64,000 nucleotides of DNA. It comes from Leucoraja erinacea (taxonomy: Eukaryota). The translations under genes were made by a program, and so were the position numbers. Positions 52,130-63,062 of the stretch are shown piece after piece; the first letter of the stretch is position 1, and each line of letters opens with the position of its first letter. The stretch spans positions 14,012,001 through 14,076,000 of the forward strand of contig NC_073388.1 in NCBI RefSeq assembly GCF_028641065.1, written 5' to 3'. The notes under the pieces were generated by a model. That model was not told where the DNA came from. It saw only the letters and a list, made by a program, of their open reading frames with translations, and ran no database searches.

Positions 52130-52380
52130 TCTAGTATAGTTTGTTGTTACGTGTACCAAGGTACAGTGAAAAGCTATTGTTGCGTGCCATCCAGTCAGCA
52201 GAAAGACAATACATGATTACAATCGAGCCTGTACAGTGTATAGATACATGAGGGAATAACGGTTAGTGCAAGGTAAAGCCAGCAAAGTCCGATCAAGGAC
52301 AGTGTGAGGGTCACCAATGAGGTAGATAGTAGGTCAGCACTGCTCTTTGGTTGTGGTGGGATGATTCGGTTGCCTGATAA
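52130..52380 (-). mobile_element. LINE 3'UTR fragment (probably Rex1-type); related pieces at ~6780-6960, 41820-41980, 56990-57120, 63070-63200
   Basis: Recurrent gtaccaaggtacagtgaaaagct...gaaagacaatacatgattacaat. Confidence 0.55.
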
Positions 52381-53345
52381 TTCTTTGCATTCTCAGTGCT
52401 ATGATGGTGGCATTCCTGACTGTATGACTATGCAGACTCTAACGCCTCTAAACCTTACATTGTTTGAATTGTTGTGAAATTGAAGAATGTTCAATTCTCT
52501 TCTGAATGTTAGCAGGGTACGCAGAAGAGAAGAACATGTGACAACAGCCCACTCTCCCCCCCGACCATGTGGGCAGCCAATCTTACATTGGGAGACAACT
52601 GCACTATTCTCATAGTGCTGGGGTTACATTCTCTTCAGTCCAATCATTCAGAATAGCGACACCCACAGCAATCTACGTACTATTCAGAGTCCATTGGGAT
52701 CATATGGTGGGAGTTCAACATGATAGCGGGTGGAAAGAGTGCAAACCCCCCTGTGGTGGGACCGACTCGTTCCTCCAGCTGCAAAGGCAAATTGAAAAGC
52801 TTTTGTTTAATGTGCAAGCTGGAGCCAATGTAATACCAGACACCATATGTAAAGGAGAAATCAGGAAGTCTTGGTTTTAAAATATCCCAAGCTTTCATTA
52901 AGAAAGTCGTCGGAGAGAGGCGGAAGAGGCTCTAAAGATATTCACAAAAAGCTGGAGTAACTCAATGCATTTCGTTGTCTCTGTACTGTACACTGACAAT
53001 GACAATAAATTGAATCATTTCATTTCATTTCAACTCGACGGGTCAGACTGTGCATCTGGAGAAAAGGGTCTCCAGAGACACTTTCTGAACCGCTGAGTTA
53101 CTCCAGCTTTTTGCATCTCTCTTTGGTTTAAACCAGCATCTGCAATTCCTTCCTACACAGTCCAGACTCTAAACTGCTCATGTCCCAGGAAAGGAGCAAA
53201 CGCACTGTGGTGGTTTTAAGGGGATGAGGAAGCGTGATAACGCCGAGGTATGCAAGACCACAAAGATCAGATGGCGCAGGGAATATTGAAGTTAAAGAGA
53301 AGTTTTAGAAGGGAAATGGGAAAAAAAGAGAAAACAAAACAGGAT

Positions 53346-53686
53346 TTTAGTTTAGCTTAGAGATACAGTGTTGGAACAGGCCCTTCGGCCCCCTGATTCC
53401 ACACCGATCAATGGTTAAATGCACACTAGTTCAATTCTACACACCGGGGCCAATTTACAGAAGCCAATTCACCTACGAACCTGTAAGAAAGAACTGCAGA
53501 TGCTGGTTAAAATCGATTTTAGCCTACAAACCTCCACATCTTGGGAGGAATGTGGGAGGAAACTGGTGCGTCCGAGGAGAACCCACGCGGTCACAGGGAG
53601 AACGTCCAAACTCCATACAGACAGCACCCATAGTCAGGACTGAACCCGGGACTCTTAAGCAGCAACTCTACCGCTGCGCCACTGTG
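53346..53686 (-). mobile_element. HE1/V-SINE
   Basis: Tail, V-domain and head recognisable; small PLE piece inside. Confidence 0.8.
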
Positions 53687-53830
53687 CAGGATAGATGAAG
53701 GGAGGTGAGAGGAAGTTTATGTGGAGCTAATAGGCCAACTGATCTGAATCTGTGCAATAAATGACCTTCATTTCTGTGTCAAATACTTTGCATATCGTAG
53801 CTGTGTGGCTGAGCAACAGTTAATTGACTA

Positions 53831-54164
53831 CACAAAAAATGCTGGAGAAACTCAGCGGGTGCAGCAGCATCTATGGAGCGAAGGAAAAAGGCAACGTTTC
53901 AGCCCGAAACCCTCTGGGTTTCGGCCCGAAACGTTGCCTTTTTCCTTTGGGTTTCGGCCCGAAACGTTGCCTTTTTCCTTTGGGTTTCGGCCCGAAACGT
54001 TGCCTTTTTCCTTTGGGTTTTGGCCCGAAACGTTGCCTTTTTCCTTTGGGTATCGGCCCGAAACGTTGCCTTTTTCCTTCGATCCATAGATGCTGCTGCA
54101 CCTGCTGAGTTTCTCCAGCGTTTTTGTGTACCTTCGATTTTCCAGCATTTGCAGTTCCTTCTTA
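53831..54164. mobile_element. Hairpin PLE terminal-repeat insertion with 16-bp TSD
   Basis: AACAGTTAATTGACTA at 53815-53830 and 54165-54180; inverted arms of ~80 bp. Confidence 0.85.
53916..54080 (+). repeat. Tandem repeat, 5 x 33 bp (GGGTTTCGGCCCGAAACGTTGCCTTTTTCCTTT)
   Basis: Units start at 53916, 53949, 53982, 54015 and 54048; the later units differ by only 1-2 nt. Confidence 0.95.
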
Positions 54165-54196
54165 AACAGTTAATTGACTAACTCTTTTTGTTACAG

Positions 54197-54268
54197 AGCA
54201 GGAGGCTAAAGACGCATGTGATTGGCTGCGGGCAGCAGGATTTCCTCAGTATGCACAGCTCCATGAAG
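54197..54268 (+). CDS. STARD8: SAM-domain exon of a DLC-family RhoGAP/START protein: (E)QEAKDACDWLRAAGFPQYAQLHE
   Basis: Acceptor ctctttttgttacAG, donor G|GTGGGT; 72 nt, phase 1/1. The peptide matches the DLC1/STARD13/STARD8 SAM start EIEAKEACDWLRAAGFPQYAQLYE. Family is secure; the paralog name is a best guess. Confidence 0.93.
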
Positions 54269-54579
54269 GTGGGTGTGGCCGCAGGCCTTATTTATTTGTG
54301 TTTTGAAAGGGAGAGGACGAAGGGGAAACTGTGGCCCTGAGAAATTAGTTTTAAATCTGCCGTCTGAGAACAATGCCAACCCCCAGGATGTGTGGTATTG
54401 TCCCCGAAATCAGAAGCCGTCTTTGTGCCTCCTCTGTTTCCATCAGTTGCTCTTCTCTATTTTTTACCCAAGTGGATGTTTCTTAAGTAACATAACGGCT
54501 GGGAGGCCACAGGGATTGTAACAGTCCAAAATAGCTCATTACTGCTTCCCCCAGGACACTTAGAGACGGGCATTGAATG

Positions 54580-54865
54580 ATCGATTGATTGAAAGATACA
54601 TCATGGAAACCGGCAGACCATCGGTTACCTGCTCACACTAGTTCTACAGTATATTATCCCATTTACGCTTCCACTCCCTGCACGCTAGGCTCAATTTGCA
54701 GAGGCGTATTAACCTACAAACCTGTACATCTTTGGAGTGTGGGAGAAAACCTTTGCGGTTACAGAGAGAATGTACAAACTCTGTGCAGACAGTAGCTGTA
54801 GTCAGGATCGAACCAGGTTCTCTCGCGCTGTAAGACAGCAACTCTACCGTTGCGCCACTGTGCTG
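54580..54865 (-). mobile_element. HE1/V-SINE
   Basis: Family motifs. Confidence 0.82.
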
Positions 54866-55177
54866 TCCATTTTGTATGTGGGCATGATATTGACCTGTTT
54901 CCAACCTGTAGCATCTCTTCAATATCCACCATAGGCCAAAAGCTTATTTGGTGGTACAGCCATGCCCTGAATGCTAATCTCCTCGCGTTGAGTTCTGCAG
55001 TCATCGTTAGTGGAGGTGGTGTTTTCTCGAGACCATTCTGCTACCTGGCTTGATGATCTAGGTACTCGTCTCCCAGGACCTGGACCAGCCTTCCCTTTCC
55101 ACAGTATCAGTAGATACTCTCGAGCCACATTGGCTTCTGAAGAATCACTTCATCTGCAGCTGGAGTTCACCTGCTTG

Positions 55178-55478
55178 GTTTAGCTTAGTTTAGAGATGGA
55201 GTGCGAAAACAGGCCCTTCGGCCCACCGAGTCTGTGCCGACCAGCGATCCCCGCACACTAACACTACCCTGCACACACTAGGAGACCATTTACAATTTTA
55301 CCAAACTTAATTAGCCTACAAACCTGTACATCTTTGGAGTGTGGGAGGAAACCGGAGCTCCCAGAGAAAGCCCACACAGGTCAGTGGGAGAATGTATAAA
55401 GTTCGTACAGAGTCGGGATCGAACCCGGGTCTCTGGCGCTGTATGGTAACAACTCTGCCACAGCATCACTGTGCTGTC
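55178..55478 (-). mobile_element. HE1/V-SINE
   Basis: Family motifs. Confidence 0.85.
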
Positions 55479-56454
55479 CTACTCTTTAACCTGCTCTTTA
55501 AGAGCTAAAGATAGAGTTGAAGTTAAACTGGTACAGGCAAGTGCCAGGTTTTTTTTTTTTAAATTAATTCCCTACTTCATTGAGATTCCAGCATTCCTAT
55601 CTTGTGGCTTTGAGATCCCTGACAAGTCATGGAGTGCCTGCTCCCTACTTTCAGAACTAATAATCCGGAGTTAACAAATGGTTAACTTCTCGATTTACTT
55701 TTGTTTTAAATATTTATTATCTATTATAATGGAGCTTCCTGTTTTAAAATTCTATACAAAACCTTTATGTGGGCACTTTATATATTTGATTAAAGCAAAC
55801 ATTTTAAGTGCAATAAAGGCTTGACAGTAACTCTGTGTGACCCTGGGAGGGTCGGCAGGGAACAATTACTGGAAGTAAAGCATGCAGAGAACTGATCTTT
55901 CGCCAGTTCTCCTCTCTCTTACTCAACTCTCACCCTCGGGCTAACAGCTTGCCCCTCAACGAAAGCACATGTTGTTGCTCCCTTTGGGAAAATTGCTTCC
56001 ATCCCGGGAAAAGGAAATCCCAGTCATTGCTGCCTATACATTCCAGTGTGGCATTTGTTAAATCTCCGTTTGAACTGGACTGCCTGCAAAGTTGGGGGAA
56101 AGCGCTGAAATTATGTTGAGCTTACGTTGCCCTTTGGTTTCCCTTAGACCACTGCCCATACAAAGCAACCTTCATTGTGTGCAGTTCTGTCCTGAGATTG
56201 CAGCTCAGTGCTCACACTGTTCCTTCACTTCATCTGTGTCTACCGAGACATTAACTGCTCTAGACAGCCTTTTTAATCTGTACTGAATGAAACAGGACGG
56301 GTCCTGTTTAGATCATTTCCGTGACACCAAGGTCGTTACCATTTTCTATTTTACGTGCTGCAGTCACAATGCTAGAATGTTGATGACAGTTCTATATCCA
56401 ACTGACCCCATGAGACTGTAACACCAGCTCCATGAGAATAGTCACAGCACTATG

Positions 56455-56757
56455 GATCGCACGGTGGCACAGCAGTAGAGATGCTGCCTTACAGCACTAG
56501 AGACCTGGGTTCAATCCTAACCACGAATGCTGTCTGTACAGAATGTGTGCGTTCCTCCTGGGACCACGTGGGTTTGCTCCGGGTGCTCTGGTTTCCTCCC
56601 ACACTCCAAAGATGTACAGGGTTGTAGGTTAATTTACTACAGGAAGTTGTAAAATTGTCCCTAGAGTGTATTTTAGGTTAGTGTAAGGGGTGATCGCTGG
56701 TCAGTGTAGACTTGGTGGGCTGAAGGGCCTGTTTCAGCACTGTATCTCTGAAGTCTG
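56455..56757 (+). mobile_element. HE1/V-SINE ending ~40 nt upstream of the exon acceptor
   Basis: Full head, V-domain and tail. Confidence 0.87.
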
Positions 56758-56799
56758 AATACTGCACTTAGATGAATGATTTTATTCCTTATTTTTCAG

Positions 56800-56881
56800 A
56801 CTCCCATTTTCCTATTGACATCACAGCTGTCAAGAATGATCATGATTTTCTCGACAAGGATTCATTGAAATCTGTGTGCAG
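56800..56881 (+). CDS. STARD8: Second SAM-domain exon: (D)SHFPIDITAVKNDHDFLDKDSLKSVC(R)
   Basis: Acceptor tttattccttatttttcAG, donor AG|GTAACT; 82 nt, in frame with the previous exon. Matches the DLC-family DxxFPIDIxxVKxDHDFL motif. DSLKS looks more STARD8-like than STARD13 (DLVEP) or DLC1 (DAIEA), although AVKNDHDFL is STARD13-like. Confidence 0.92.
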
Positions 56882-57165
56882 GTAACTGCTGTTAGGCTTT
56901 ATAAATTGTGCCCTTTGCTTCTCCATCGATCAAGATCAGAATCAGAAATGTTTATTTGTCATCTGCATTGGATATGAACTGGGACAGGTTAAGGTTTATT
57001 GTTCTTGCAAGTAACTAGGTACAGTGGAAAGCTTTGTTTTGCATGCTCTACAAACACATCCCATACATCAACCAATTCAAACCCAACTCCAATAGATCGA
57101 ACAAAGGGGAAGATGCATGCTGTAGCTTTACAGATCCATTAGAATCAAAAACGACAATGAATATA

Positions 57166-57772
57166 CCCACTATGCCTGTGGGTGATTCTAATGCATCATA
57201 GCCCAGAATCTACAGGGAGTACCGCCTCAAGAAGGCAACTAATATCAAAGACCCAGACCACCCAGGCCACGATCTCCTCTCACTGCTACCAAATGGGAAG
57301 ATGGTACAGGAGCCCAAGAACCATTACCTCCAGGTCTGAAGAAGGCTCTCCACCCAAATCGTCACCCATTCCTTCTCACCAGAGACCCTCTCTGTCCCGC
57401 TGAGTTACTCCAGCATTTTGAATCTCTCTTCGGGGTAAACCAGCATCTGCAGTTCCTTCCTGCGCAATATACAATAAGTGGTCAGTTATTCTAAGTAAAC
57501 TATGGTTTGATGGTGCAAAAACCATAGTATGTAGAGCAGCCGTGATCGTGCACAGTCCATAGTGGTTTGGTACGGTTGTGGCTGTTGGGTTAGGGTTGTG
57601 CAATGTGATTCAAGAACCTGATGATTAGTGGGAAGAAGCTGTTCTTGAACCTGGAGGTAATGGTCCTCGTACTCCTGTACCATCTTCCCACTGGTAGCAG
57701 TGACAAGTGAGCGCGGCACTTCCCATAGGTCCCGGGCTTTGATGCATTAGAATTACCCACAGACATAGTGGG
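57166..57772. repeat. Inverted repeat of a Rex1-tail-bearing element around a PLE terminal repeat
   Basis: cccactatgcctgtgggtgattctaatgcatca (57166) is mirrored at 57772; both arms continue into Rex1-like 3' sequence. Confidence 0.7.
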
Positions 57773-58779
57773 TCACTTTGCTTCAGTCACCAATTGCATG
57801 TGCACATTAAGGTCAGTGACTGGATAGCACGCAATGAAAGCTTTTCACTCATGCCACAGTAAACTGAACTGAAACTATAGTGATTGGCATTGATATCGGA
57901 GCAAGTGTAATTGATGTATAAATTGTCCTTGTGTGTTCTCTGCTGCAAGTAGCTCCAGTGTATCCGTATATAATAAGCTGAAAGTTGCCTAAATCCTTAA
58001 TGTTTGAAAATGGTGGACTCCATCTGCATCCATGTTCTGCACACACACATTTGAAACTTTCTTCTTTGAAGAGTTGGCCCAATAGAATCTTTAGCCATTG
58101 GGGACCTTGTGGAAACCATGTGCTGACATTTTGTTTCTCTTCTGATGTACGTGGAAGAGAAAAAAAGGTTGGGATATTGGAGCGGAGGTTGCAGGGTTCG
58201 AATTTACATGTAATTTTCAGCCACTGTGGTAAGTCTGAGCTGGTTTCAAGTCACGATTTGCTGACAGACAATGTGGGTACCAGGGAAATGGTCCGAAATA
58301 TTATCAGGAATTTGTAAATGCAGCTGCTCACAAACTTCCTCATCTCTGCCGCTGTGTATGGCCTCCTTCCTCAGTATCAAGCAAAGCTTCCTCCTCTCGG
58401 GGAGAGGGAAGGTCACTGTTTTGTTTGCTTTGTTTTGCTGAAGCTTGCCTTCTGCTTCAAAGAGTATGCAAGAAGTGAGAATGACCCTTAGTTACCCCGA
58501 TTTCCACCAAAGTGTGGTGAGCTGCTTGCGCCAAGCAGCTAGATTCTAGGTGAGACCTACAGTGGGGAAAATGTAACATTCAACTGACGTAAAGATGAGA
58601 CGCATGAGATGATGTACTTTTGGCATCATTAGTAAACGCATAACAGAGTGAGAGAGGAAATAATTAATTATCAGATATACTGATCCAGAGATACTCCTGG
58701 AAGTTGTGACTAACTCCTTGTGTATGTTTTGGAAAGATCACCATTTTGTTCCAATAAGATGTAATAAAAATAAACTGCA

Positions 58780-58977
58780 CAAGCTGGTTTACACCAAAGA
58801 TTGACACTAAATGCTGGTGTAACTCAGCCGATCAGTCAGCATCAGCGACATTTCGGAACGAGACCCTTCTTCAGACTCTTGAATCTGAAGAAGGGTCCTG
58901 ACCCAAATCATCAGGTGTCCATTTTCTCCAATGTTGCTTTCTGAACCGGTGAGTTACTCCAGTACTTTTTGTGTCTT
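58780..58977. mobile_element. Hairpin PLE terminal-repeat insertion
   Basis: ...cccttcttcagact cttgaat ctgaagaaggg... two cores back to back. Confidence 0.7.
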
Positions 58978-59828
58978 ATCTTAAGATTTTGTTCTGAGTT
59001 GCTTTGTGTGGGAATGTTTGAGGGCCCTGACTATTCCTAGTGCAGTTGCTGAATTGTTTTTGCACATGGGCCATTGTCTCTGCATCCCACACAGAAGCTC
59101 TTCCCTAATCTCTCTGCTTGCAGAAGCACTTCTGCATACTCGTTGGAGAACCAGACGTGTCTGCGGTTCTTCTGCAAATACAACTATCTGTAAACACAAT
59201 ACATTGATATGTCCCTGTAGATATAAATCTATATGTTTATCTACCAAATGAAACTGTAGTTCCACAATGATCACGGGTGCAGAAATGAATGTGAGTAGAT
59301 GAGTAATTAGTGATGTTAGTGATTTCTGCTGGGGAGTTATTGTGAATTGCAACCAAGTCTGATGAAGGGTCTTGACCCAAAACGTCCCCTATTCCTTTTC
59401 TCCAGAGACGCTGCCTGACCCGCTGAGTTACTGCAGCGTTTTGTGTCTATCCAAGTTAGCAAGTGTATGTTGGTGATGGGGCCGCAAATGATTTAATTTC
59501 CTGTTGTCAATGACTTCTGCCGTGTGGTCAGTCTTTGGCAGTGGAAGGAAATCATTGCCGCATGACTATGGCTGGCAGTAAATATTTTTGAAATGCGTCT
59601 TGTGCCAAATATTCACGCTGAGCTGGTGAGTCAGTACCTAGAACCAATTCTGTGAGGCTACAACTCGCCAAATGAGAGGGGCTTCTGTTCCACCGTGTTA
59701 AAACATTTGCATCATAAAATGGCCTTGTGGGCTCCTGATTTTCATGCATTCACGTGACACCTGCTTGCTTCCAGTCAAAACCTCAGACACCTGACTGAAG
59801 CCGGAACAAATGGTGTTTGGTATGATTA

Positions 59829-60128
59829 ACATAGAAACATAGTAAATAGGTGCAGGAGTAGGCCATTCGGCCCTTCGACCCTGCACTGCCATTCAATATG
59901 ATCATGGCTGATCATCCAACTCGGTATCCCGTACCTGCCTTCTCTCCATACCCCCTGATCCCTTTAGCCACAAGGGCCACATCTAACTCCCTCTTAAATA
60001 TAGCCAATGAACTTCTGTTGCAGAGAGTTCCAGAGATTCACCACTCTCTGTGTGAAAAATGGTTTTCTCATCTCGGTCCTAAAGGATTTCCCCTCTATCC
60101 TTAAGCTGTGACCCCTTGCCCTGGACTT
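59829..60128 (-). mobile_element. Young CR1 3' end
   Basis: Closely similar to the reverse complement of 31570-31880. Confidence 0.88.
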
Positions 60129-60284
60129 GTAGTCAGAATGGGACAGAATAATGAATTGACTACCAGGCGAGGGGCACACAGGAAGGAAAGCAGTAACTGA
60201 GTTATCTCAATAACTTAATGCAGTGAGTCAGACTGTTTCTTGTGATCCCTGAACATTTCTCTCTTTGCCTCTTCCTAGATATAT

Positions 60285-61022
60285 TTAGTATAGTTTTAGT
60301 TTTGGGATACAGCGGGGAAACGGGCTCTTTGGCCCACTGAGTCCATGCCGACCAGCGATCCCCGCAAATTCACACTATACTACACACACCGGGGACAATT
60401 CACATTTTTACTGAAGCCAATCCGTCTACAAACCAGTACGTCTTTGGAGTGTTTGAGGAACCCGGAGCACCCAGAGAAAACCCATGCAGCTCATGGGGAG
60501 AACATGCAAACTCCACACAGACTGCACCCATAGTCAGGATCAAACCTGGATCACAGGTGCTGGAAGGCAGCAGGTCTACTGCTGCGCCACCGTGCCGCAT
60601 GATTAATGCCCAGACTATAAATAAAAACATGTTTACTTAAGTGCTTAATGATACAAATTATTGTATACAGACACAGATTCTAATATGTCTGATGAGTGGT
60701 CACTGATCCAAACTGTTGGCTCTGTCTCTTGTCTCACAATATAGTTTAATTTAGAGATACAGCGTGGAAACGGGCCCTTTGGCCTACCGAGTCCATGCTG
60801 GCCAGCGATCACCCGTACAATTCTTCTATCCTACACACTAGGGCCAATTTAACGAAGGCAAATAATCTACAATCCCTGCAGGTGGGAGTAAACCGGAGCA
60901 CCTGGAGAAAATCCACATGGCCATGGGGAGATTGTGCAAACTCTGTACAGACAGCACCCTTAGTCAGGATCGAAACCGGTTCTCTGGCGCTGTATGGCAG
61001 TAACTCGACCACTGTGCCACCC
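60285..61022 (-). mobile_element. Two HE1/V-SINEs (60285-60598; 60742-61022)
   Basis: Family motifs. Confidence 0.85.
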
Positions 61023-61182
61023 TCCAAAGGGAATTGCTGCAGACCTGCTGACTATTTACTGCATATTTGATGTTTTGTTTCATATGCTCTGGATCTGCAG
61101 TGTTTTGCTTCTATTATAACAGACAGAGCATTGGTGGATTTTATTTCTGTGTCTCATTGATTATGTCACCATTTCCTACTGG

Positions 61183-61480
61183 CTTACTTACTTACTGCCT
61201 ATTATGCCTCCTGACATGTAGGGCAGTAACGAAGGTCCTCCACTCAGTAGTGTTGATTCCATCCGTTGCTGTTTCCATAACATATTTGTTTTACGAGACA
61301 GGGTTGTTAGCCCTGTGCTCAACCCCCAACCTGGAGGACCATTGGATCACTCTTCGTCTCGCCTCTACCTTTCGACCTGTCCAGCATGGGAGACCTTAAC
61401 AGGAGACGAATCTCCCGCTGGCATAGCTCTGGGGTAACTGAGACACACAAGCTCCCCGACCACGACAAGGTTGCAATCCA
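61183..61480 (-). mobile_element. Short internally deleted RTE-clade element
   Basis: The minus strand begins aaccttgtcgtggtcggggagcttgtgtgtctcag...agagctatgcc (RTE/Expander-type 5'UTR) and ends in (TAAG)n. Confidence 0.6.
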
Positions 61481-62162
61481 ACGCAGAGTAATTTTTTTTT
61501 GTTTTTTGTTTTTTTTTGGGCTGGCTAGTTTGCAGGTTTTAGTAATACTGTCTAAATCTGTATAACTTTGTCAGGAGACTAGATTTTAAACCTGACCTAA
61601 GCAAAGCTTTTTTAATTTTGCATCAGGAGACTAGATATTAATCTTGACGTAAGCAAAGCTCACTTCTTGCTTTTTGCTGTGGTTTTGTCACGACATTTCT
61701 GTCCTGCTGTTGTGGTCAGCAAATGATTCAAATCAGTTATTTTAAAATTCAGTTTCTTCCACTTTGCGTGATCTCATGTTTATTCAAGGGTAGCCTTTCG
61801 ATTTCAACCCTCTACCAACAACGGTTGCTCTAAGGGATGAAGCATGATCAGAAATCACCAGTGCCTGTACATGATATTTTCTCTCCCCTATCATCATCTC
61901 TCAGCCAAGGATGTTTGCAGAAATGTCAATTTTACAGGCTTGGATAGGCAGTTTACCACTTCCTTTAGATTATGGGGTGAGGTTGTACGTAGGCATTGAT
62001 AAATTCACATTTCAATTAGATGGTTGCTCAAGACTGCTGCCTGACTCCTGGATTTGTGCTAACATCCATCATGCTCCGATGGCCTGGTTTCAAATTTGAA
62101 CTAATTCAGCTGCATATCTCCCATACACCAAATGCCAAAGAACCCTGTGGACAGCTGTGCGA

Positions 62163-62350
62163 ACATAGAAATTAGAACAGCACAGGCCCTTCGGCCCACA
62201 ATGCTTGTGCCGAACATGATGCCAGGTTAAACTGATCTCATCTGACTCTACAAGATCCATACCCCTCTATTCCCTGCTCTTCCATGTGCCTATCTAAAAG
62301 CCTCCTCAACGCCACTATCATATCTGCATCCTCCACCACCCCTGGCAACG
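62163..62350 (-). mobile_element. CR1 3' end
   Basis: cacaggcccttcggcccaca tail motif. Confidence 0.75.
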
Positions 62351-62966
62351 TTTCAGCTGATAGTTTCCCCATTTGAACACTCGCATGGATCATTTGTTTT
62401 TGAGCTGAGCATAATTAGATGGCCATTTCAAATGGTTTAGACATTGTGGGCAATATAAACTCACATTTCTGGTACATTTCATTTATAAAGAGTTTCTGAA
62501 ACGGCAAGCGATTCTGGAGACCATGTTCTGAATGGCTGACTCCAATGCAGGAATGGTCCACAAGGTACATGTAATTAGAGCTATGTCAGGGGTTTCTCAG
62601 TGAAGCAGGTGTTGCTGGAAACATTCAGTAAGCCAGGTTCATCTTCACCGTAAAGTGAAGATGAGTTAATATTGAATGTGTGGCCCCTTCACATCTCACT
62701 GAGGGTCTGCTAGTCTCTCCACAGATTTGCTGTGTATTTCGAGCACTTCTTTTGCATTTGACATCCTGAAACAGAAAGCGATCATCTTGCATTATAATCA
62801 GTTTTTCTAAACTTTACAATTATTTATAGTTATTTAATTATATTTATAATTAGAAAAGCTTGTCGGCCATTTAATTGCTTCCTCACAACTCTTGGGAGCG
62901 ATGTTGCTGGATTCTACTTTGTTCCAAAGGAGATGCTGAAGAACTTGGTCATCTCCTTCAAATTCC

Positions 62967-63062
62967 AGTCTGAAGAAGGGTCTCGACCCGAAACATCACC
63001 CATTCCATTCTCTCCAGAGTTGCTGCCTGTCCTGCTGAATTACTCCAGCTTTTTGTGTCTAT
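62967..63062 (+). mobile_element. PLE terminal repeat with a near-intact hammerhead core
   Basis: CTGAAGAAGGGTCTCGACCCGAAACATC at 62970-62997. Confidence 0.72.

Noticed and set aside
53916-54080. CRISPR-like array (33-bp partly palindromic repeats)
   Set aside because: The units are contiguous with no unique spacers, there are no cas genes, and the sequence derives from the PLE terminal repeat in a vertebrate intron.
53805-54181. Six overlapping repetitive ORFs
   Set aside because: Artefact of a stop-free 33-bp repeat.
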